This document shows positions 51,201 to 59,019 of a stretch of 59,019 bases of DNA, piece by piece. Source of the DNA: Raillietiella orientalis. Taxonomy: Eukaryota. The notes beneath the pieces are model-generated. The model made no database searches, was not told where the DNA came from, and saw only the letters and a program-made list of their open reading frames with translations. A program made the translations under genes and the position numbers. The DNA lies in assembly GCA_036172245.1 (NCBI GenBank), contig JAYWIR010000042.1, forward strand, positions 1,798,001 through 1,857,019, read 5' to 3'. Each line of letters starts with the position of its first letter. Positions within the stretch are counted from its first letter, which is position 1.

Positions 51201-51514
51201 CCGCAATTAAAACACGAGGGATCGTCCTGTTGACGTCCAACATTCTCGCAGGAGTCGAAAATAGAGCTCGCGAGGACGTCTGGCGGAGTACCGGGGCACT
51301 CATAATTTAAGCAATTAATTCGACTCGCTTCCAAAACAGGAAGGCAATTTCGCTCCAAGAACAGCAATCGCCATCGTTGCAGGTAATTGCGAATGCACTA
51401 TTGCAGGCGTCTCTGGGCGAACTTACATGGCTCCGACGTAGATCCATCCCCTCGACACGTCCAGGTAAAAAATTTTGTAGTGGAGTTTGCCGCAGGAGAA
51501 GGTGCGGAAGGCAT
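39221..51514 (-). CDS. Sema2a: Secreted class-2 semaphorin, paralog 2 (first coding exon uncertain); exons 51514-51427, 47574-47523, 42959-42897, 42832-42728, 42681-42411, 42090-41860, 40861-40749, 40657-40534, 40476-40303, 40211-40084, 39961-39618, 39557-39311, 39265-39221
   Basis: Peptides RTFSCGKLHYK..YVGAM, NHVFKLNL, CINKGKSQ, RLYICGTNAHNPKDW, AEFTKADTVIFR, KRTLKYDSKWLD, NFVGSFDIGEHVYFFFRETAVEYINCGK, CVRDPYCGW, YADWCQEFHKYK. Exon sizes 88/52/63/113 are identical to paralog 1; one GC-AG intron (42896-42833). Confidence 0.93.
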
Positions 51515-54034
51515 CTGCAATGGAGAGGGAACAGAGTAAGTAGTCCTTCGTGTGTGTGTGTGTGTTTTTCCCTTGAGGGGAACAACAGATGGGCGAATTG
51601 CAACGGGGCCAAAGCGAATCGCCTCGCACGCGAACGCGACGCTCTCCCGCATTCTCCGCGAGGAATGCCCGGGACGGGGGGGGGTGGGGTGAGAGAGAAG
51701 AACGCGGCCCTCGCTCGCGTGTTCCGCTTGTCCGTGGCACGCATGCGAAGCGGTTGGCGTTCCGAGACAGCTTGGAGTTCCTCGAGGGCGACTCCGCACC
51801 CGTGACACCCGAGCTCAGCGACAACAAGGGGCACCCACCCCCGTCCTGCGTGCTTGGCAGCACTGCAGCCCCCTTTCCAAGGCGAGGCGGGCGCGCAAAC
51901 CTCTCGCGCGTCCTCCAGGGCGCCAAAGCGCCAGTTTGCGAGACGGCTGGTCTCCGCGGACCGGGGGGCTCCTATCGACGGAGTCTGTCCACCTGCCTGC
52001 GCGGGGATAGGAGGAGGAGGAGGTGTAGGCGGGCAGAGGACGCTCGGTCTGGAACCGGCGCGCGCAAATCACGGCGAAACAGAAAGATCTGACGCAAAGA
52101 GAAAGGCGGAGACGGACGGGCGGGAGAGAATCGAGCGTTCCAAGGAGGGATGCCCTCTCCCTGTCCTCCACGGACCCTCGCGCAGCGCGGGAGGCGGCAC
52201 GTCATCATCGCCCGAGTACCTCGCGAAGAAGTGCGAGATCCATGCTTCGAATTTACAAACTACACGGAAGCAGCACAATCGGGGGACGGGGGGAGGGGAG
52301 GAGAGGAAGTAACACATCCCTCGTGCGGGGAGCGGGCGGCCACGCACGCAACGGACGGCCGCAGCTAATGACGTCGGGCAAAAAGGACGGAGGAGGGGGC
52401 ATCTTCCTTGCTGAACGGCACCTGAACTCGCCGGTCTCCAATGAGCTGTCGAATTTTCTCGAGAGCGGAGACGATGGCGACTTTCGATGGCCGGCGTCGA
52501 GGGCGAGGCGCCGTTCCAGGAACGTCCGACCACTTCGCAGCGGCACTGCGCTCATAGCAGACGACGAGGAAAGACGGCGGCGGCGCTTTTGGAGGAGCGT
52601 CGTCGTCGTCGCCGCCTCGTTGCTGCTGGCGCTCGCTGGTGGGACGGCTCAGCCTCAGGATCTGAAGGCGCTCGCGGGTGTCCACCCGGCCCGACGAAAG
52701 AGCCTGCCTCGCTTCGGGCCGGCGGGCGAAGCCAAGCGAGCGACCGCGGCGACCCGGGGAACTTCGGAAGGGGTTTCCGGGCAGACGCGGAGGAGTCGCG
52801 TCCGCAGGCGATGCGGCGGTGGCCTTCCGGCAGTCGCTTCCCATGACGAGCCGAGGGCTCCGGCGGGAGGTCGTCGAAAAGCGCGCGTCTCGACGTCACA
52901 GCGGACCAACGTGCCGGATGCGAAACGAACTCGGAAGAAGTGGTCCCTGTGCTCCGAACCGCGAGGCACCGCCTGCGTCCAGCCCGGGCGGTGCGTCCCG
53001 GGAGAAGGCGCCACCGCGCATGCGCACCGCCGCGAACCTCGGTCGCGGCTGCTGCGGAATAAGACGAGCGCGTCTCCTTCGCCGGAATTCTTCCCTCCCG
53101 AGGATCGGCCAGGTTGATTCTAGCTGCACTCGTGAAGGCCAAGGTCTCCAAGAGCGGTCCACTAACGAAGCTCCTCCCCTCGGGGCTCGACAAAAAACGG
53201 CTCGAGGAGGGAGAGGGGAAAAAATAAAAAAGGGTCTACCTGGATCATCTCGGCGCGCTTCTCCCCGGTGAGCACCACCACCCCTCTCCCCGTTACTCTC
53301 GGGAAACAGCGAAATTCCCGCACGCGCACGTGCCCGGGGGCTGACGAACCGATGGATCCCCGCGTTCCCGGAACGGTTTGCTTTGCATTGTTCTCCGCGG
53401 AGCAGCTCCGAACACTTTCAGCCCAGACATCTCTTGACGTGTCCTTCAGTCCCTGCGCCCAGAAAGACTGCTCACGTTTCCTTGGCAATTTGTCTTTCAG
53501 AGTCCGTAAATGTCTGCTCCAACAGGGGCCGGAACACGCTCTCTGCCACGCAGCTCTTTTCTCCGGGTGTCCGAAGGCGAGAGAGTACATGAATACCCGA
53601 CCCGTCAAAGATCTCTCCTCCTCCCCCCCCCTGCCCTTCTTGCGCGCTCCTCACTCCGCCCGCCACTCGCGGCGGCGGCGGCGACTCTCTTCTTCCAAAC
53701 CGTCGAGGACCGACCCACGATGGAGTCCCCCCCCCCCCCTCTCCCTCCAGAACGTCCTCCGACGGCTTGGCGCCGGTACGTGCGCGCGAATCACCTCTCA
53801 ATTCATGTCGAATCCGCTGCGTTCGCGAGGTGCGCACCCTTGCCGTATCCTCGCGCGAAACCCACCTCGTGAGGAGGCGCACCCCGCACGGCCTCTGCGC
53901 AAAACAAAAGGGAAAAAAAAGGTGAGCGGATTCGATCCCCGACGCTGCCGCTGCGGCTTTCGGGTTTCCCCGCTGGGCTACCCGGCGGCTGCCAGGAAAG
54001 GTTAGCAGCAGAGAGAGAGAGGCCGAGACCGAAC

Positions 54035-54186
54035 CTGTTCGGAGGCGGAGCAGCTCCGGGCCCCCCAGGGCCTCGGCTGGCACCGCTCCGCACAGGCGCG
54101 AATTCGTGCACGGCCCGTTCCGCAAACAACAACAACAATAGCAACAGGAGAGAGGAAGAAGGCGGGAGAGAAAGGGTAAGCGCCAT
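54035..54186 (-). CDS. Candidate signal-peptide exon 1 of semaphorin paralog 2
   Basis: aaaATGG start, MALTLSLPPSSSLLLLLLLLFAERAVHEF. The best donor (cag|gttcgg) is phase 2 whereas phase 1 is needed, so a weaker donor, an extra exon or a 1-nt error in the G6 run is required. Confidence 0.4.
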
Positions 54187-57100
54187 TTTCTCTTCGACGA
54201 TAAACACGTCGTATTCTCGCTCCATCTTGCATCCGGCGACAGCAAAACACGGAGAGCGGAGGGCGCGGAAATTACGGTTGCCGCCCGTGCGCTGGCGTTC
54301 CTCTTTGTGGAAAGCGGGGGGGGGGGGGGGGTATTTACTGCACAGGAAACTCTCGAATTTCGTCACGGATGTTTCTTTCTCGCGGCCCCTGCTATTTTAA
54401 TTACCTTCCGGTGTCTTCAGCGAGGGGACCTGTTGCCCGCGCCGGGGTCGCGGAAACCCGTTACGAAGGTAGCGGACTCTGCCGAAAGGGCCACCAGAGC
54501 TTCTGGGGTCCCAGTCCGCGTTCACAGAGCAGCAACAGCAGCGGGCTCTGAGAATTCGTGGCAGAAGCCACCCCCGGTGCTACTGAATGTCCCCCGTGCA
54601 GCTGCTGCAGAGAAAAGAGCAAAGAGCAGGAGGTCGGGTCCGCAACGCTCCGCCGCCGAAAGCTCGCCGCGCGCAAGACGCAGGGACGAACCCTTCCTGC
54701 GCGCCCCACGGCATGTGAATCTCCCACGAGCACAGCACTGAGACAGGATCCCTCCGAGGCGGCCGCGCAGAGTGGCGGGAAAGGAGGAGGCATGCCCCCC
54801 CCCCCGTTAGGGCGAATCGCGCGGAGGGTAGCATCGCACCGCTGGCAGGGAAAAGGAAAGTACCGCGGTGCCTCCATGTCAGCAGGCAGCCCCCCCGAGC
54901 GTCGCCCAACCCCGTCGGAAAAACGGAGGGCGGGGGAAGAGGAGGAGGTGGCTCGAAACATTCGACCATCTTCGAGGTCACCTCGCTGACTCGGTCCTCC
55001 CGCTGGCTCCCTCCCCCTCGATTCCAGCCCTCCTGGAAAGCCGAACGGCTGCGCGTGAGGCCACAAAGTCCGCCCGCAAGCAAACAGCACGTCGCCGGGT
55101 AGGCAGGAACGGGGAAGACGCGGGAAATGGCGGGGTGCCACTCCTGCGCGCAGGCGAGGAAGGTGGCGCCCCCCGCCCTTGCCGACTGCTCCCACAAATC
55201 CACCGAGGGCTGGAAGCGGACCAGGAACCAACGAAGTGTCCGACGAGGAGGCTGCTACTCCTCCGGGACGACGCGGAGCAAGCGGGAGAGCGGCGATGCC
55301 AACGCGACGGCATGGGAAGCGAAGGAAAGGGGAGAGGGGAACGACCCGGAGCAGAAAAGGCATGAGGAAGGGTAAGGGAGTGCAGGGGCCGGTCGCGACG
55401 ATCGGACGGACACCCTGCGGCGGGCGAGGCCGCCGAGCTGCCTCCCCTCCCCCCAGTCTCCCTACGCGTTCCGCAATATCGCATTTCGGAGCGAACAGGG
55501 AACTACGAGGGGGGGGGGAGGGGGCAAAATGGATTACAGGAGCGATGAATTCCAATTGCGCCAGAGGAACACGACAATCGATAAGCTGTCAAATCTTCAT
55601 TTACATGGAGCGCGTCCTTCTGGAATTTCCGATTGTTCCCTGATGCACTTTTCGCTCAGCTCGTACTTAAAAAAAGGAGGGGAGGAGGGAGGGGGAGGGG
55701 GGCCGGAAAGGAGCGATAAATCCATTACATTGGAAGCAATCACGCCAGGAATGCGTGAAATTTCCGCTCTGCGGCGGCGACGCTGCTTCTCGAAATTTCC
55801 GAGCGCGACAGTTTGCCAAGCCCGCGCATGCAGAAGGGTGCATCCCTCCCCCGCTGCCGATAGGGGGAAGCGCGCGGGCGCGCACGCACGTACCCGTGCG
55901 CCTCGCGCCTGCCTCGGGAAGAGCGCAAGCTCGCCACCAGGACTCTCTCCCCCTTCCGCATCCCATCAGCGAGAACGCCCCTCAAGGGGTAGCGCAGAGG
56001 CCGAAAGCAGCAGGCCCCTCGTCCTAGGAGATCCACCCAGAGGGAGTTACGCGACGGTGCCGCGGAAAAGGGGAGGGGTCGGGACGCGGCCGGCCGGGAG
56101 GATGGCGGTGTCCGATCAGGCGCCACCCTGCGTCCGCATCTACCGACGGCAGCGGGCGGCATTCCCGTCCGCCACGGGCGAGCGGTGAAGGAAGGCCGAC
56201 CCCACGTTCCGAGTCGACGCGGCGCGTCCGACCCGACGGTCCCCTACGAGAGTGGCGCGATAGAATCCTGCAAAAGAGGACGCGCCAATGAGAGCTCGCA
56301 GGAAAATCGCCACAACGGGGGGTGGAAGGGGGGAGGGGGAGAGAAGACACGACCGCTTCCCATCGCGCGGCCGCAGAGCAGCCAAGAACGAGCGAACGAA
56401 CGCCCACCGTGCAGCGGGCGGGCGGGCGACAGACGGACCACCGAGGGGAGGCGCGGCGGCGCTCCGAAAGAGACGGAGGATGCTCGCGCGGGAGCAACTG
56501 CAGCACCGGGAAAGCCAATGCGACCCTGCCGCAAGGGCAGCAAACCCCGACAGCTGGTTGCACCGCGCGGCGATCGTGATGCGGGGCAGGTGGGGCTCCA
56601 CCATTCGCCCTCTGCGCCGAAAATTCCCCCCGTCCATTCCCTAAGGACTCCCCCGCGCGCGCATCCGCCACGTCCGCGGCGGAGGGTGGCTGCGCCCCCG
56701 CCGCGCGCAAGAACATCGCGTCGCGCGGGCACGCGATCCTCCCCCCTCCCCCTCCTCGCTGCCAGCGCGCATGGATGCGCGAGCTTCCCGGAAATGGAAA
56801 CGACACCGGCGGAGACTCCAAGAAACTCGCGTCCGGCGATTTTTTGCGTGTGCGTGCAGTTTCCCTCCTCCCTTTTTTCCGGTTGTTGTTTCCGGGGAGA
56901 GAGGGGGAGCACAGCCTCTTCAATACACAATTGTTGTTCCTTTTTTTTTTTTTTTTTTTTCTCCTCTCTCCCCTTTTTTGTTCAACTGCAATTAAAAGCC
57001 GCGGAGCACAGCGGCGCACCTCATAATAAACGCCATCCATGATTGAAATACAAGAAGCGAACAAGAACCTTCCTCACAACGCAGTGTTCCCGAGGAGCGT

Positions 57101-58957
57101 CTGACAAGCATCGACAAGAAACGTAAACGTCGAGATAAAGAGAACGAGGGCGAAGAATGCTCTTTGCATCTGCTCGTGAAGGGGTGGACAGACGCTACAC
57201 CCACATAAAAAAAACAGCCGCCGGACGTGCTGATAGATGGCAGAGAGCGGGGTCCCGGACACAACCGTCGAGGCGCAAGAAGAGGAACAAATTCGGAACG
57301 CGGGGGAAAGGGGAGGGGGAAGAGGACAATCCTGCGCGAGCTGCGGTCCTTTGGGATGCACGCCGCGGGGTCGAACGGCCACGAACCGCAACCGTGGAGC
57401 GTGCGGGGCTTTCCGGCCAACCTTTTTTTACTCCTGAGATTCCACCCATCCGTCACTCCGCGGTAGCACCAGCAGGAGGGAGGAAGCGGTCCATCCTGTT
57501 GCAAAAGACGAATGTGCAGAAGCAGCCACAGGCGACTGGACCCGAACGACGCACCAGTCCCTTCTTCCACATCTATGGCCACACTCTTAGCAGCGCAGGC
57601 TGATCTTCCCTGTGTACGCGAGCCAAAGAAGGGAAATACGCAGAGGGCACGAGCGTCCACCCCAGCGAGTGGCTAAACAGCTGGTGATGAGTTCCAACAC
57701 GAAGTCACGGCCACGACGACCGACTCCAAGGGAGATGTCCAGGTGCTCGGCAACGGTTTCCCCGGTTGCATCTCCGAGAGGCTGCACTGACGAGGCACGC
57801 ACTCGCCTGCGTCCAGCAACATCGTCCGATCAGCGCAGTGACAGTCGCGATGTGTCCCGGGACACGGGGGGAGAGGCGAGTACCAGGTCCCCAAGGCAAC
57901 AAATATTAAAAAGAACACCGCAGAAGGCAATGAAGATCACGTCTGAATGAGAGGAGCACTGCAAGAGGGAGGATAGCTCGTTCGAAAAGTGGTCGACAAC
58001 GCGGGCCCCGAGGGGCGGCGACTCGCTCCCCACTCGGCTGATGCTGTGGTCGTGCAGAGGGCGAAATCCGTCGAGGGGTAGAAAAAAGCCTCCCTCTCTC
58101 TTCGTGGACCGGAAGATGTCGGCTTCGGGAGCGACGAACGACAGAGAGACGAGAGAAGCGGATGCCACCGAAGCTTCTCGAGGTGGACACGAGCAGAAAC
58201 AAAGCAGTCACCCAGGAGGAAGGAGGGGAGAAGTCGAGCTCCCCCTGAACCTGCCCCATCCCCAAAGGAAACAAACAGGAGGTGCACGGAATTCGTCTGG
58301 GTGCCCGAGATGTTCCTCTTTCGGCACTGCGTGCGCGCCACGCGGAGCACGGAAAGAACGCGGGAGGAGATGCGTCCGGCTGCAGCGCTCCAAGCGGATC
58401 AGCGGAGAGAGAATACGGTGGACGACGCTCCCGTGGATCCACAGACGGGAAAGAGGAGTGGGAACTTCGCTCGGGAACCGCGCGCACCCCCCACCCTTTC
58501 CACCCCTGCGCGTCCCTTGAATGCGAGGAAGACTGGGCAACACGGGGTCAGGTTGCCCAAGGTGCCACCAAGGAAAGAAAGGGGGGGGGGGGAGAGCTGC
58601 GCGGAGCCCGTCGCAAGAGCCCGGGTGAGCGAGATCACCCGGGCAGAAAGGAAGGAGAGCAAGGTCCCCCCCCCCCTTGCCCGTCGTCTTCGGGCCGCAA
58701 TCGCGACTGTGCCGAATCGCCCGCGCGAGGTGGCGGCGACGCTGCGACGGGGGGCGCACGCCCGCGCGACCCGCACAGCCCATTCCGAAGGGGGCCAGCG
58801 CCCGAATGCAAAAGGGCGCCATCGCCACGGCCGCAGCGAGATGGCAGATAAATTAAAGTGTCTGCACTCAGTAGCCTTTCATCAATAACCTTTAACCGTG
58901 CCCAGCTGTTCTGCTGCTGCCAGTGGGAAATCCACTTTAAGAGGGGCCCGTCTGTAC

Positions 58958-58989
<32 letters not shown>
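58958..58989. repeat. Poly(T) tract
   Basis: About 30 consecutive T near the window end. Confidence 0.9.
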
Positions 58990-58993
<4 letters not shown>

Positions 58994-59019
58994 AATAAAG
59001 TATACACTGCCCGGGGGGT

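Noticed and set aside
52242..53117. Plus-strand ORF with hydrophobic stretch VVVVAASLLLALAGG
   Set aside because: Wrong strand for the semaphorin, derived from (GTC)n/(GCT)n repeats, no start context or domain.
43000..58900. Numerous long overlapping ORFs (up to 503 aa) on both strands
   Set aside because: Arg/Pro/Gly/Ala-rich with no recognisable domains, as expected from stop-codon scarcity in GC-rich intronic and upstream DNA. Only the small semaphorin exons are supported.
58985..59019. AATAAA...CCGGG at the window end resembling the LINE 3' motif
   Set aside because: Spacing differs, the 5' arm of the hairpin and upstream homology are missing, and the sequence is cut by the window edge.
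1..59019. CRISPR arrays, rRNA, tRNA, hammerhead ribozymes, telomeric arrays
   Set aside because: None seen; the CTGATGA occurrences inspected lack the stem II plus GAAA core.

Overview
Eukaryotic, intron-containing animal DNA, probably arthropod (inferred from Sema-2-type semaphorins and many 42-65 nt introns). The left ~31 kb is AT-rich. It holds the 5' exons of a PHRF1-like RING/PHD gene (-), a six-finger C2H2 zinc-finger gene (+) and a complete Lin-7/Veli gene (+), interspersed with decayed L1/Tx1-like non-LTR retrotransposons. The right ~28 kb is strongly GC/CpG-rich. It holds two paralogous secreted class-2 semaphorin genes lying tail-to-tail with stop codons 310 bp apart. The most notable accessory structure is a cluster of three same-orientation copies of one LINE family at 12.2-17.5 kb. 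These copies lack poly(A) tails and share a 3' end with two hairpins, one showing compensatory base changes. One copy keeps both ends but has lost endonuclease and RT, fusing the ORF1 zinc knuckle in frame to the ORF2 C-terminal zinc finger. Gene models and alignments were built by eye, no database searches were run, and GC/CpG statements are visual estimates.
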